Shown here in pieces: positions 30,976 through 42,542 of a DNA stretch of 64,000 nucleotides. Each line of letters opens with the position of its first letter. Position 1 is the first letter of the stretch. The notes under the pieces are model-generated. The model saw only the letters and a list, made by a program, of their open reading frames with translations. It was not told the origin of the DNA and ran no database searches. The position numbers and the translations under genes are program-made. Source of the DNA: an uncultured Pseudomonadota bacterium (GTDB lineage: Bacteria > Pseudomonadota > Alphaproteobacteria > JACZXZ01); the NCBI GenBank assembly GCA_963749075.1, contig CAVVLJ010000016.1, positions 1,088,001 through 1,152,000 of the forward strand, in the 5' to 3' direction.

Positions 30976-32186
30976 TCAGATCGGGGACGTGAGCCCGTCG
31001 AGGGGGATGATCGCGACGCGCTCGCCGGCCGCGGCGGGAGGGGCCAGCGGAGGGCGGACGACGAGGCAGTCGGCGTGCGCCAGGCGGGAGAGATTGGAGC
31101 TGTCCTGCACCTCGAAGGGGGTGGCGATCAGCCCGCCGTCGGGTGCCCGCGCGAGGCGCGCGCGCAGATAGTCCTGGCGGCGGTCGTTGGCCGCGAGGTC
31201 GCGGCCGAGGATGGCGCTCGCTTCCGCGGCGTCGGCGCTTGCGAGGCCGAGCATGCGTTCCATCGCCGGGCGCAGGAAGATGATGGCGCACACGAGCGAG
31301 GAGACGGGATTGCCGGGAAGGCCCAAGAGAGGCGTGGCGCCGAGGCGGCCGAAGATGAGCGGCTTGCCCGGCCGCATGGCGATCTGCCAGAAATCGACGG
31401 CGAGGCCGCGCTCGGCAAGGGCGCTCTGCACCAGGTCGTGCTCGCCGACCGAGGCGCCGCCGGTGGTGATCAGGAGATCGGCGCCCGCCGCCCCAGCGGC
31501 GAGGGCCTGGAGAGAGTCCTTGGTGTCCTCGGCGATGCCGAGGTTGCTCGCCTCTCCGCCCCAGGCGGCGATCGCCGCGGCGAGGGCCAGCGCGTTCGAG
31601 CTCACGATCTGGTTGGGGCCGAGCGGATCGCCCGGCATGACGATCTCGTTGCCGGTGGCGAGCACGGCGATGCGCGGGCGCCGCCGCACGCTGAGCCAGG
31701 GCACGTTCATGGCGGCGGCAAGCCCGATGTCGCGCGCGCCTAAGCGGCGGCCGGCGGCGATGCCGACCTCGCCCGCCTTGAAGTCGAGGCCGGCCAGGCG
31801 GACGTAGCGGCCGGCAGGTGCCGCCTCGCGGACGACGACGCGGTCGCCCTCGGCCGTGGCGTCCTCCTGGATGACGACGGCATCGGCACCTCGAGGCAGC
31901 GGCCCGCCGGTGAAGATGCGCACCGCCTCGCCGGGCCTAAGTGTGCTGCCATAGGCTCCCCCGGCGGGCGCCGAGCCGACCACGCGCAAGCTCGCCGGCA
32001 CTCGCACGACATCGGCCGCGCGCACCGCGTAGCCGTCCATGGCGGAGACCGCGGCCGGTGGCTGCGTCACGCGCGCCACCACATCCTCGGCAAGCACCCG
32101 CCCGATGCCCTGGGCCAGGCTCACGCGCTCGGCCGAAAGCGGCATGAAGGCCTTCAGGATGCGGCCCAGCGCCTCCTCGACGGAGA

Positions 32187-32190
<4 letters not shown>
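30976..32190 (-). CDS. moeA: molybdopterin molybdotransferase
   Basis: [36 protein letters not shown]. Confidence 0.96.
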
Positions 32191-32666
<476 letters not shown>

Positions 32667-32671
32667 GGCGC

Positions 32672-33481
32672 TCAGGCCCGCGCCATCGCCGGATGTGCGA
32701 GAAGTGCGCGCGTCGCCGCCGCCACATCGGCCTGGGCCATGAGCGATTCGCCGACAAGGAAGCAGGAAGCCCCCGCGCGCGCCATGCGGGCGAGGTCCGA
32801 GGGCGCAGCCAGGCCGCTCTCGGAAACCACGATGCGGTCCCCGGGGACCCGCGGTGCAAGCTCTTCAGTCGTTGCAATATCAACGCGCAACGTTTTGAGA
32901 TTGCGGTTATTCAGCCCGATCAATTGACATGGCAACCTGAGGGCGCGGGAGAGCTCTTGGGCATCGTGCACTTCGACCAGGGCATCCATTCCGTAGCCGG
33001 CTGCAGCAGCGGCCAGGGCTGCAGCCGAGGCGTCGTCAAGGGCCGCCAGAATGAGCAGCACGCAATCGGCTCCAAGGGCACGGGACTCGGAGACTTGATA
33101 GGAGTCCAGGATGAAGTCCTTGCGCAGCACCGGCAGCTCGACCGCCGAGCGGGCAGCCACGAGATCGCCGTCGCAGCCCTGGAAATAAGGCTCGTCGGTG
33201 AGGACGGAGAGGCAGCTGGCGCCCCCTAGGGCGTAGGCGCGCGCGAGCTCGGCCGGGGCGAAATCCGCGCGGATGAGGCCCTTGCTCGGCGAGGCGCGCT
33301 TTAGCTCGGCGATGAGGCCGTAGCCGCCTGCGGCGACCGCCGCGGCGAGGCGTCTGGCAAAGCCGCGCGGCGGCGGGGCCGCGCGCGCCGCGGCCTCGAC
33401 CTCGGCCAAGGGCCGCAAGCCCTTCCGCCGCTCGACCTCGCGGCGCTTGTCGGCACAGATCCTTGCGAGAACGTCGGCCAT
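32672..33481 (-). CDS. trpC: indole-3-glycerol phosphate synthase
   Basis: [40 protein letters not shown]. Confidence 0.97.
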   Translation of the reverse strand: MADVLARICADKRREVERRKGLRPLAEVEAAARAAPPPRGFARRLAAAVAAGGYGLIAELKRASPSKGLIRADFAPAELARAYALGGASCLSVLTDEPYFQGCDGDLVAARSAVELPVLRKDFILDSYQVSESRALGADCVLLILAALDDASAAALAAAAAGYGMDALVEVHDAQELSRALRLPCQLIGLNNRNLKTLRVDIATTEELAPRVPGDRIVVSESGLAAPSDLARMARAGASCFLVGESLMAQADVAAATRALLAHPAMARA

Positions 33482-33490
33482 GGCGATGAT

Positions 33491-34522
33491 CTACGCCCTG
33501 CCGTTGGTGATGGCTATGAGCAGTTCGAGCGTGCGCCTGGCGTGGCCCTCGTCGATCGCCTTGGCGGCAAGCGCAGCGCCGGCCTTGAGGTCTGCCGCCT
33601 TGCCGGCGACGAGGAGGGCGGCGGCGCTGTTCAAGAGCACGAAATCCCGATAAGGGCCGCGCTCGCCCGCGAAGACGGCCATCATGGCGCGCGCGTTATA
33701 GTCCCCGTCGCCGCCCTTGAGCGCCTCCGCCGTGGCGCCCGGCAAGCCGGCGTCCGCGGGCGACACGGTGAAGCTCGTGACCTTGCCGTCCCTGAGCTCG
33801 CTCACCTGGCTCGGCCCGGTGAGGGTGAGCTCGTCGAGTCCGTCCAAGCCGTGCACGACCCAGGCGCGCTCGGCGCCGAGGTTGCCGAGCACGCGGGCCA
33901 TGGGCTCGACCCACTCCTTGGCAAAGGTGCCGACCAGGTAGCGCTTGACCTTGGCGGGATTGGAGAGGGGGCCGAGAAGGTTGAAGATCGTGCGGGTGCC
34001 GAGCTCGACGCGGGTGGGGCCAACGTTGCGCATGGCGCTGTGGTAGCGCGGCGCCAGCATGAAGCCGATGCCGATCGCGCCGATGGCGCGCTCGACGACC
34101 TCGTAGGGTGCCTCCAAATTGACGCCGAGTGCCGAGAGCACGTCGGCGGCGCCCGACTTGGAGGAGAGCGCCCGGTTGCCGTGCTTGGCGACCGGCACGC
34201 CGCAGCCGGCGACGACCAAGGCACTCGCGGTCGAGACGTTGAAGGTGCCTGCCGCGTCGCCCCCGGTGCCGACCACGTCCATGGCGTCCGCGGGTGCGGC
34301 GACAGGATGGGCCTTGGCGCGCATGATGGTCGCCGCACCCGTGACCTCGTCCACCGTCTCGCCGCGCACGCGCAGCGCCATGAGGAAGCCGCCCATCTGG
34401 GACGGCGTGGCGTTGCCGGACATGATCGTCTCGAACGCCGTCTCGGCCTGTTGCCGGCTCAGGCTGCTGCCGGCCGCGACCACGGCGATGAGCTGCTTGA
34501 GATCGGGCGGTGCGGCGCTCAT
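33491..34522 (-). CDS. trpD: anthranilate phosphoribosyltransferase
   Basis: [36 protein letters not shown]. Confidence 0.97.
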   Translation of the reverse strand: MSAAPPDLKQLIAVVAAGSSLSRQQAETAFETIMSGNATPSQMGGFLMALRVRGETVDEVTGAATIMRAKAHPVAAPADAMDVVGTGGDAAGTFNVSTASALVVAGCGVPVAKHGNRALSSKSGAADVLSALGVNLEAPYEVVERAIGAIGIGFMLAPRYHSAMRNVGPTRVELGTRTIFNLLGPLSNPAKVKRYLVGTFAKEWVEPMARVLGNLGAERAWVVHGLDGLDELTLTGPSQVSELRDGKVTSFTVSPADAGLPGATAEALKGGDGDYNARAMMAVFAGERGPYRDFVLLNSAAALLVAGKAADLKAGAALAAKAIDEGHARRTLELLIAITNGRA

Positions 34523-35106
34523 GCAGCGAGCGCAGCCGCCTTGGCCAAGGCGAGGAAATTGCTAAGGAGCTTGTAGCCCTCGGTGGTCTCGATGCTCTCC
34601 GGATGGAACTGCACGCCGAAGAGCGGGAAGTCGCGGTGACGGAGGCCCATGACCGCCCCGTCATCGGTCTCGGCGGTGATCTCGAGGCAGGCGGGCAGTC
34701 CCTCCCGCGCCACCACGAGCGAATGGTAGCGCGTGGCCCGGAAGGGATTGGCAAGGCCGTGGAAGAGGTCGCTATCGCGGTGACGGATGCTGCTCACCTT
34801 GCCGTGCATCGGCAGCGGGCCGCGCACGATGCGCCCGCCGAAGGCCTGGCCGAGCGCCTGGTGGCCGAGGCAGACGCCGAGGAGCGGCAGCCGGCCGGCG
34901 GCGGCCTTGACGAGGGCGAGGCAGACGCCGGCGCGGTCGGGATCGCAAGGGCCGGGCGAGAGGATGATGCCCTCGGCACCCGAGGCGAGGGCGTCCTGAA
35001 CCGTGATCGCGTCGTTGCGCGCGACCGTGACCGCGGCGCCGAGCTCGCCCAGGCGATGCACCAGATTGTAGGTGAAGCTGTCGTAGTTATCGATGAGCAG
35101 GTACAT
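34519..35106 (-). CDS. trpG: anthranilate synthase component II
   Basis: [36 protein letters not shown]. Confidence 0.96.
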   Translation of the reverse strand: MYLLIDNYDSFTYNLVHRLGELGAAVTVARNDAITVQDALASGAEGIILSPGPCDPDRAGVCLALVKAAAGRLPLLGVCLGHQALGQAFGGRIVRGPLPMHGKVSSIRHRDSDLFHGLANPFRATRYHSLVVAREGLPACLEITAETDDGAVMGLRHRDFPLFGVQFHPESIETTEGYKLLSNFLALAKAAALAA

Positions 35107-35293
35107 GGCGGTCGGCAGCGCTTCCAACGTGTCGCGGGCAGCCCGGCGCACTCCGGGAACGGTTATAACAGGTCGCCCGAAATAGCGGAAGACGAGCGGC
35201 GGCGCAGCCGCGCTGCAGTTTGCGCTCGACTTGCCGCCGCTCGTACGTACCCTCGCTCTGCCTGCATGAAGCCCGCGCTGCGATGCTTGGCGT

Positions 35294-35521
35294 TCAGCTC
35301 ATGCAGCCCATCCACACCGGGTACGACAAATTGCCGCCCTCGAACATGACCCAGACCAGGCTTCCGACCGGCGGCACCTTGGTCGACCCGTAGGGGCGGC
35401 ATGGCATCGCCCAGCTGGTCGGGGCAGCGGCGACGGACGGCACAGCGACCTGCACCCGGCCCTTCATCGTCGGGTCTGCCGTGTTCACGACGCTGCCGCG
35501 ATAGAGTCCGCAATGTGCCAT
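35294..35521 (-). CDS. stand-alone Gp5/VgrG-type OB-fold (phage baseplate assembly protein V-like) mini-protein, 75 aa
   Basis: AGGAG RBS then [30 protein letters not shown]...[29 protein letters not shown], matching the V..DP...GRV.V...WA....P..G..V.V.F..G....P...G pattern of Gp5 OB domains. Confidence 0.8.
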   Translation of the reverse strand: MAHCGLYRGSVVNTADPTMKGRVQVAVPSVAAAPTSWAMPCRPYGSTKVPPVGSLVWVMFEGGNLSYPVWMGCMS

Positions 35522-35687
35522 GTCATTCTCCTGTGCGCACCGCCCCGCCGTGTTCGCATGCGGCGACATTTACCGCTCATGGCGCACCGAGGGCAACGGC
35601 AATAGGAGCGTCTCGCTGTCAGCTCCGGCGATCTCGGCGCCCCGGGCTCGCGTGCATTCTCGGGCTCTTCGCCCTATATTTCGCGGC

Positions 35688-37052
35688 GTGAAAAGGCGCA
35701 AACGGCAAGACCCTGCGGCAGGCAAGCGCGCGCGGATGAGCGGCATCGGCTGCCAGCTGAGGGCGCTTGCGGCGCGCGCCGAGCGCGGTGGGCAAGCGCC
35801 CCTATTCGGCAAGGGGCAGCGCGCGCGGCTGCTGGCAGGTCTCGCCGCCGCCTTGATGCTGGGTGCCGTCCTTGGCGTCGTTCTCGGCACGCGCGAGCCG
35901 GCGCGGCAGCCGCCGAGCGCGCAACCCCACGCCGCCGCGCAAGCCCCATCGCCCAGCCCTGAGCCCGCCCCGGCCAAGCCGCGCGCCGTTGCCGCGGTGA
36001 CGGAACGGTCGGCACCGCCGATCTCGGAAGGCCGCCTCGCCGGGCCGCTGCCGCTCGTCTCCGAGCCGCGCATGGCGCCGCGCGTGGCGCACGGCAGGGC
36101 AGCGCTGCCGCCCGCAGCGCCAAGCCCGCCGAGGCTCATCACCGCCGAGAAGGATCCGAGCGTCGTCTATGAGGAGGCGGTCGAGGAGCCGGTGCAGCGC
36201 GCTGCACCTCGCCCCTCGGGTGCCGCAAGCGAGCGCAAGCCGCCGCTGCTCGCCGCACTCGGGCATCTCGTGATCAAGCCGGTCGAAGGTGCCAAACCCG
36301 CGTGGCTGCAGAACGCGCTCGCCATGCCCGAGCTCCGCGGCCGGCCCATGGTGGCGCTGGTGATCGACGACTCCGGCGTCGACCGCCGGCGCACCGAGCG
36401 CGCCATGCATCTGCCGCCGCGGGTGACGATGTCCTTCCTCCCCTATGCGCCCGAGGTGGCGAAGCAGGTGGCGCAGGCGCGCGCGCTCGGCCACGAGATC
36501 ATCGTCCACGTGCCCATGGAGCCGCTCAACAGCCAGATCGATGCCGGCCCCAATGTGCTGCGCGTCAAGGACACGAGCGAGGAGACGCTGCGCCGGCTCG
36601 ACTGGGATCTCACGCGTTTTGCGGGCTACGTCGGCATCAACAACCACATGGGCAGCCGCTTCACAGAGGACGCCCAGGGCATGCGCACGGTGCTCGAGGC
36701 GCTCAAGTCGCGCGGGCTCCTCTTCCTCGATTCGCGCACCATCCCGGGCTCGGTCGGCGCCAAACTCTCGCGCGAGCTCGGCCTGCCCACCCTCGAGCGC
36801 GACGTCTTCCTCGACAATGTCGACAGCCGCGCGGAAGTGGCGAGCCGCCTTGCGGAGGTCGTGCGCATCGCGCGCCACGACGGCTATGTCATCGCCATCG
36901 GCCATCCGCGCGACGCCACCCTCGACGAGCTCGAGACCTGGGTCAAAGGGGTGGGGGAGGAGGGTCTCGTGCTGGTCCCCCTGAGCGCCGTCATGCGCGC
37001 CCTCATCGCCGCCGAGCCGGAGCAGGCGAAGGCGCAGCAGCTCCACGGCTGA
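35688..37052 (+). CDS. divergent polysaccharide deacetylase (YibQ family) with TM anchor and Pro-rich linker
   Basis: ALVIDDSG, SFLPY, GHEIIVHVPME, NNHMGSRFT, FLDSRT, RDVFLDN, AIGHP; start uncertain (GTG 35688 or ATG 35736). Confidence 0.9.
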   Translation: MKRRKRQDPAAGKRARMSGIGCQLRALAARAERGGQAPLFGKGQRARLLAGLAAALMLGAVLGVVLGTREPARQPPSAQPHAAAQAPSPSPEPAPAKPRAVAAVTERSAPPISEGRLAGPLPLVSEPRMAPRVAHGRAALPPAAPSPPRLITAEKDPSVVYEEAVEEPVQRAAPRPSGAASERKPPLLAALGHLVIKPVEGAKPAWLQNALAMPELRGRPMVALVIDDSGVDRRRTERAMHLPPRVTMSFLPYAPEVAKQVAQARALGHEIIVHVPMEPLNSQIDAGPNVLRVKDTSEETLRRLDWDLTRFAGYVGINNHMGSRFTEDAQGMRTVLEALKSRGLLFLDSRTIPGSVGAKLSRELGLPTLERDVFLDNVDSRAEVASRLAEVVRIARHDGYVIAIGHPRDATLDELETWVKGVGEEGLVLVPLSAVMRALIAAEPEQAKAQQLHG

Positions 37053-37112
37053 GGCTCGCCGAGCAAGGCTTTGCCTCAAGTCATTCTCGAAGGGCTTGCA
37101 GAACCATCTTGG

Positions 37113-37224
37113 GTCCTTCGAGACGGGCCTTCGGCCCTCCTCAGGACGAGGAAAATTTGCGTGTGGCAGAAAGACCTTATCTAATCCCGAGGAGCGAGCG
37201 TAGCGGGCGTCTCGAAGGACGCAC
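37113..37224. repeat. intergenic palindromic repeat, family A, copy 2
   Basis: gtccttcgagacgggccttcggccctcctcaggacgagg...gtgtggcagaaaga...gaggagcgagcgtagcgggcgtctcgaaggacgcac; between convergent yibQ-like gene and trpE. Confidence 0.88.
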
Positions 37225-37261
37225 AGGCCACGGTCCGTGACGCCGCTTTTTCTCCCTCGGC

Positions 37262-38765
37262 TTACCCCCCGCTCGCGAAGCGGACCGCCTCCTCGGCGGC
37301 GCGGATGAGGGCGCGCGCCTTGCTGCGCGTCTCCTGGTACTCGGATTCGGGGTCGCTGTCGGCGACGATGCCGCCGCCCGCCTGCACGTACATGGTGCCG
37401 TCCTTGACGAGGGCGGTCCTGAGGGCGATGCAGGTATCCATGGCGCCGTTCGCCGCGAAATAGCCGACGGCGCCCGCGTAGATGCCGCGCTTCTCGGATT
37501 CGAGCTCGTCGATGATCTCCATGGCGCGGATCTTGGGCGCACCCGAGACCGTGCCGGCGGGGAAGCCGGCGACCAGCGTCGCGATGGCATCGTGCTCGGG
37601 TGCCAGCTTGCCCTCGACGTTGGAGGCGATGTGCATGACGTGCGAATAATGCTCGATCGTCATCTTCTCGGTCACCTTGACCGTGCCGATCTCGGCGACG
37701 CGGCCCACGTCGTTGCGCGCCAGGTCGAGGAGCATGAGGTGCTCGGCGAGCTCCTTGGGGTCGGCGAGCAGCTCCTCGGCGAGCGCCTTGTCCTCGGCCG
37801 CGTCCTTGCCGCGCGGTCGGGTGCCGGCGATGGGCCGGATGGTGACGACGCCGTCGCGCAGGCGCACCAGCACCTCCGGGCTCGAGCCCACGATGGCGAA
37901 GCCGCCGAATTCGAGGAAGAAGAGGAAGGGCGAGGGGTTGAGGCGGCGGAGTGCTCGATAGAGGGCGAAGGGCGGCAGGCGGAAGGGCACGGCGAAACGC
38001 TGGGAGGGCACCACCTGGAACACGTCGCCGGCGCGGATGTACTCCTTGGCGCGCTCGACCAAGGCGTGGAACTCGGCGCGCGTCATGTTGGATCGCTCCT
38101 CGCCGTGGCTGGCCGGCCCCAAACCCGTCTCCCTCCGGTAGGTGACGCTGCGCTCGAACTCGGCCACGAGATCGGCCAAGCGCTCCCGCGCCAGGTCGTA
38201 GGCGCGCTCCGGGGAGACGCCTGGCTCCGGCCAGACCGGCGTGATCAGCTTGACCGTATCCTCGATGCTGTCGAAGACGGCGACGGCGGTCGGCCTCAGG
38301 AAGATCGCCTCGGGGATGCCGAGCACGTCGGGGTTCTTGTCCGGCAGACGCTCCATCTGCCGCACCATGTCGTAGCCGAGGTAGCCGAAGAGGCCGGCGG
38401 CCATGGGCGGCAGGCTCGGCGGCAGGGGGAACTGGCATTCCTTGACGAGGGCGCGCAAGGAGTTCGAGCGGGTGCGCGGCGCAAGCCTCGAAGGCGTCGT
38501 GCTCGATGCGGGCGCGGCGGTTGATCTCGGCAGCACCCGCGCGGCAGCGCCAGATGAGATCTGGCTTGAGGCCGACGAAGGAGTAGCGGTTGCGCACGCC
38601 GCGCTCGACGGATTCGAAGAGGAAGGCGTCGGGCCGTCCGTCGGCGAGCTTGAGCATGGCCGAGACGGGCGTGTCGAGATCGGCGATCAGCGTCGTCCAG
38701 ACGACCTGCGCCACGCCGCGGCGGTAGGTCGCGGCGAAATCGTCGAAAGCGGGCGCCGTGGTCAT
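37262..38765 (-). CDS. trpE: anthranilate synthase component I; +1 frameshift at ~38463
   Basis: MTTAPAFDDF..DLDTPVS..FLFESVE..RYSF, then in the next frame SLRALVKE...GDVFQVV, NPSP, GSSPE, RPIAGT, EHLMLLDLARND, SGAPKIRAM, QAGGG. Confidence 0.93.
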
Positions 38766-40648
38766 GAGCCGAGCGAGGCGTCGAGCACGCTCTCGTTGAC
38801 CTCGACGCCGTAGCGCGCGCGGAGCGCGTTGACGAAGGCGTTGAGCAGATCGGCGTCCATGGTGCCGGTGAGCTGCTCGTCGATCGACTTGACCCCGGCG
38901 GCGTCCTTGTCCGGATCGGCGGGGATCACGGTCGCAAGCTTGGCGATGACGGCGCCGTCGGGCGTCGCCGCCGACATCACGTCGCCCGGCTTGGCGGCGA
39001 AAAGCTGGGCCACGAGCTCGGGCGGCAGCTCGGCGCCCGCACCCTCGCCGGTCCGCGTCATCGGCTGCGTCTGGGTCACGATGTAGCCGTCCTCCTTCGC
39101 CAGGGCGGCGAAATCGCCGCCGCCCTTGACCTTCTCGACGAAGTCCGCGGCGAGCTTCCCGGCGGCCTTGCGCCGCGCTTCGGCCTGCCACTCCGCGACG
39201 GCTTTGTCGCGCACCTCGGCGAGCGGGCGCAGCGCGCTCGGCGTCACCTTGTCGACGCGCAGGATGAAGTAGCCGCCTTGGCCGTCCTCGGTGAGCTCGC
39301 TCGCGCGTCCGGGCTCGGCCGCGAACGCCGTGGGGAGGAACTTCTGGCTGGCGGGCAGATCCTCCGGACGCTTGCCGCCGGGCGCCAGGCCGCCGGCGTC
39401 GACCGCCGCGATCTTGACGAGCTTGAGCGAGAGCTTTTGCGCCGCCTCCTCGAGCGTCGCCCCGCCGCCGAGCGTATCCTGGAGCTTGTTGCCGAGATCG
39501 TAGACGGCGTCGCCCGCCTCGCGCAGCTGCAGCTCGTGGACGAGCCTGGGCTTCGCCTCCTCGAAGCTTTGCGTGCGGCCGGGAAGGATCTTGACGACCT
39601 GTGCGATGTGCCAGCCGAGCGGCGTCTCGACCGGCGCTGTGACTTCGCCCTCCTTGAGCGCGAAAGCGGCGGCGGCGAGCGCCGGTGCCGCCACGTCGTC
39701 CTGCTTGACCGTGCCGAGCTCGATCGGCGGCTTGCCCGTGAGGTCCTCCGCGACCTTGTCGAGGCTCTGCCCCTGGGTGAGGCGCTCGGACGCCTCCTTG
39801 GCGGCCGCCTCGTCCTTGAGGATGATCTGGCGGAGGTCGCGCTCCTCGGGCACCTTGAACTCGGCGACGCGCGCCTCGTATTCGTCCTTGAGCTTGTCGT
39901 CATCGACCGTCATGCGCGCGGCAACGTCGTCCGGCCTGAGGAGAACCGCGGTGATGGCGCGGTACTCGGGCGCCGTGAAGGCCTTGGCGTGGTCCTTGCG
40001 GTAGGCCGCGATTTCGTCCTCGCTCGGCGCCGGCACCTCCTTGACCGCGGCGGCCGTCAGCTGGACGGTGTCGGCCGTGCGCCGCTCCTCGCGATAGCGG
40101 TAGAGATCGTCGAGCAGCAAATGCGGCACCATGCCGCCCGCGGTGACCGCGCTGACCAGCTGGTTGCGCACGATGTCCTGCCGGGTCAAGACCACGAAAC
40201 GGTCCTCGGTAAAGCCGGCGTTCATGAGCAGGTTCTCGAAGACGTTGCGGTCGAATTTGCCCTCGGCATTGCGGAAGGCGGGATTGTCGAAGATGGCCTG
40301 GCGCACCACCGCGTCGCTCACCGCGACCCCGGCGTCGCGCGAGGCGAGATCGAGAAGGGCGCGGGCGACCATGTCGCGCAGCACGCGCTGCGGGATGCCG
40401 AGCTCGCGCGCGCGCTCGACGGTGATCTCGCTCTGTGCTATGCCCTGGAGACGGCGCAGCTCGCGGCGGTACTGCTCCTGGAACTCCATCGGCATGATGC
40501 GCACGGAACCCACCTGCGCGACCGCCTGGGTGCTGATGCCGCGCCGGAAGATGTCGCCGATGCCCCAGATGGCGAAGCTCAGGATGAGCATGCCGAACAT
40601 CAGGAAGACGACGACGCGCGCCACCAGGGTCTTGAGGCTGATTTTCAT
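38762..40648 (-). CDS. ppiD: SurA/PpiD-type periplasmic folding chaperone
   Basis: N-terminal TM (ILSFAIWGIGDIF), SurA-N region, parvulin motif PVETPLGWHI; upstream of trpE as usual in Alphaproteobacteria. Confidence 0.88.
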   Translation of the reverse strand: MKISLKTLVARVVVFLMFGMLILSFAIWGIGDIFRRGISTQAVAQVGSVRIMPMEFQEQYRRELRRLQGIAQSEITVERARELGIPQRVLRDMVARALLDLASRDAGVAVSDAVVRQAIFDNPAFRNAEGKFDRNVFENLLMNAGFTEDRFVVLTRQDIVRNQLVSAVTAGGMVPHLLLDDLYRYREERRTADTVQLTAAAVKEVPAPSEDEIAAYRKDHAKAFTAPEYRAITAVLLRPDDVAARMTVDDDKLKDEYEARVAEFKVPEERDLRQIILKDEAAAKEASERLTQGQSLDKVAEDLTGKPPIELGTVKQDDVAAPALAAAAFALKEGEVTAPVETPLGWHIAQVVKILPGRTQSFEEAKPRLVHELQLREAGDAVYDLGNKLQDTLGGGATLEEAAQKLSLKLVKIAAVDAGGLAPGGKRPEDLPASQKFLPTAFAAEPGRASELTEDGQGGYFILRVDKVTPSALRPLAEVRDKAVAEWQAEARRKAAGKLAADFVEKVKGGGDFAALAKEDGYIVTQTQPMTRTGEGAGAELPPELVAQLFAAKPGDVMSAATPDGAVIAKLATVIPADPDKDAAGVKSIDEQLTGTMDADLLNAFVNALRARYGVEVNESVLDASLGS

Positions 40649-40801
40649 GCTCTGCCGTACCGCTCGAAGGTCTGGCCGCCAGGGCCTCGAAGGGGGGGCA
40701 TCATAAGAGCCGCAATGGGGCCGGGCAACTCGGGAATGGGGGTCCCGACGCCCGGCCCGCGCTGGTGCCGCGGGCGTCCGATGTGCTAGAGAGGCGCGGT
40801 C

Positions 40802-41569
40802 ATGGCGCGCCGCCCGCTGATTGCCGGAAACTGGAAGATGAACGGGCTTGGGCCCGGCGGCGCCGGGCTCGACGGGCTGGCGCTTGCGGGCGAGCTCGTG
40901 GCCCTGCTCAAGCGCGGTCCGGCGCTTGCCTGCGACCTCGTTGTGGCGCCGCCGGCGACGCTCCTCTGCCGCGTGGCGGTGCTGCTTGCCGGAAGCGCCA
41001 TCGGCCTTTGCGGCCAGGACTGCCACGCCGACGCGAGCGGCGCCCATACCGGCGACCTGAGCGCCGAGATGCTCAAGGAGGCGGGCTGCCGCTACGTCAT
41101 CGTCGGCCACTCCGAGCGCCGCGCCGATCACGGCGAATCGGATGCGCTGGTGGGCGCCAAGGCGGCGGCGGCGCACCGCGCCGGGCTCGTGGCCATTATT
41201 TGCGTGGGCGAGACGGAAGCCGAGCGGCGTGCCAGCAAGGCCGAGGCGGTGGTGGCGCGGCAGCTCGACGGCTCGCTCCCCGACGGCGCCGTGGCGGCCA
41301 GCACGGTCGTGGCCTACGAGCCGGTGTGGGCGATCGGCAGCGGGCGCGTCCCGAGTGCGGCCGATATCGCCGCCATGCACGGCTTCATCCGCCGGCGCCT
41401 CGCAGGACGGGCGGAGGGCGCCGCGGCCATGCGCATTCTCTACGGCGGCTCGGTCAAGGCGCAGAACGCCGCTGCCATCCTGGCGACGGCCGACGTGGAC
41501 GGCGCGCTCGTGGGCGGTGCCAGCCTCAAGGCCGCGGAGTTCTGGGCGATCGCCCGATCTTGTCCCTAG
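40802..41569 (+). CDS. tpiA: triosephosphate isomerase
   Basis: [34 protein letters not shown]. Confidence 0.97.
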   Translation: MARRPLIAGNWKMNGLGPGGAGLDGLALAGELVALLKRGPALACDLVVAPPATLLCRVAVLLAGSAIGLCGQDCHADASGAHTGDLSAEMLKEAGCRYVIVGHSERRADHGESDALVGAKAAAAHRAGLVAIICVGETEAERRASKAEAVVARQLDGSLPDGAVAASTVVAYEPVWAIGSGRVPSAADIAAMHGFIRRRLAGRAEGAAAMRILYGGSVKAQNAAAILATADVDGALVGGASLKAAEFWAIARSCP

Positions 41570-41675
41570 GCTTCGGGACGGCGCTCGGCCAAGGGGCCAT
41601 TCATGAAGGCGATAGTGGCGGTGCCGCGCAGCGTGTTAGGATATCTTCCTATAAATACTTGATCGAAAGACGGCT

Positions 41676-42002
41676 ATGTCGACGAGCACAACTGCAGCCT
41701 CGCGCGCGAGCCGTGAGCGGGCGATTGCACTTCTTAGGTCCCACGAGGAGGAAATCCGCGCCCGGGGGGCGATATCGCTTTACCTTTTCGGATCGGTCCG
41801 GCGCGGAGAGGGGCGATCGGAAAGCGACGTGGATCTCTTCATGGACTATGATCGGGCGCGCAAATTCAGTCTGATCGATCAAGTCGGCTTGAAAATTTAT
41901 TTGGAGGAGCTTTTGGAACGCCCGGTCGATCTCCTGACTCGTAATGCCATCCATCGCCGGATGCGGAGCCGGATAGAGGCGGAGACGGAGAGGGTTTTCT
42001 GA
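41676..42002 (+). CDS. minimal nucleotidyltransferase (MNT) antitoxin
   Basis: LFGSVRRGEGRSESDVD (GSX10DXD), LEELLERPVDL; directly upstream of a DUF86 gene. Confidence 0.9.
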   Translation: MSTSTTAASRASRERAIALLRSHEEEIRARGAISLYLFGSVRRGEGRSESDVDLFMDYDRARKFSLIDQVGLKIYLEELLERPVDLLTRNAIHRRMRSRIEAETERVF

Positions 42003-42371
42003 ATGCCGAGGGACCCGCGTCCTCGCCTTGACGATATCCTACGCTCGATCGAGTGGATTGAAGATGGCACGAAGGGCATGGAGCGGGAGGTCTTTTGGAG
42101 GGATCGGCGGACAAGGCAGCTCGTGGAGCGTAACGTCGAGATCATCTCGGAACCCAGCCGCCACATACCGGACGCCTTGAAGACTAAACATCCCGAAATA
42201 CCCTGGCGCGAGATTGCGGGGATCGGCAGTGTCCTGCGCCATGACTACGTCGAGGTCGACCCCAAGGTACTGTGGGATTTAGTGCGCGGCGACATCGGTC
42301 CATTGAAACGCGCCGTCCGCGCAATGCTGGACGAGGCGGAACGATCGTACGGCGGCGGGGACCCTGTATGA
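42003..42371 (+). CDS. HEPN/DUF86 (HepT-like) toxin
   Basis: RLDDIL.SI, VERNVEIISE, HPEIPWREIAGIGSVLRHDY, VLWD. Confidence 0.88.
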   Translation: MPRDPRPRLDDILRSIEWIEDGTKGMEREVFWRDRRTRQLVERNVEIISEPSRHIPDALKTKHPEIPWREIAGIGSVLRHDYVEVDPKVLWDLVRGDIGPLKRAVRAMLDEAERSYGGGDPV

Positions 42372-42512
42372 TCGCGGCGCAGGCGTGGCGACCGGGCGGC
42401 GCGATGGCCTGCGGCCGGCCCGGCCATGACGTTCAGTCAGAATGTATCAGGCAACTGTGAGTCCAGGTACTGAACGGCCTGGCCGTCTCGTCGCGCCGCT
42501 CGAACTCGGCGC

Positions 42513-42542
42513 TCAGTACGGTATGTTTCAGTACGGTATGTT
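42513..42542. repeat. perfect 15-bp tandem duplication TCAGTACGGTATGTT x2
   Basis: 42513-42527 and 42528-42542; duplicates the last codons and stop (NIPY*) of the minus-strand gene. Confidence 0.9.

Noticed and set aside
35688-37052. Polysaccharide deacetylase gene interrupting trpE-trpG
   Set aside because: trpE-yibQ-trpGDC is a known alphaproteobacterial arrangement (e.g. Rhodobacter); not novel.
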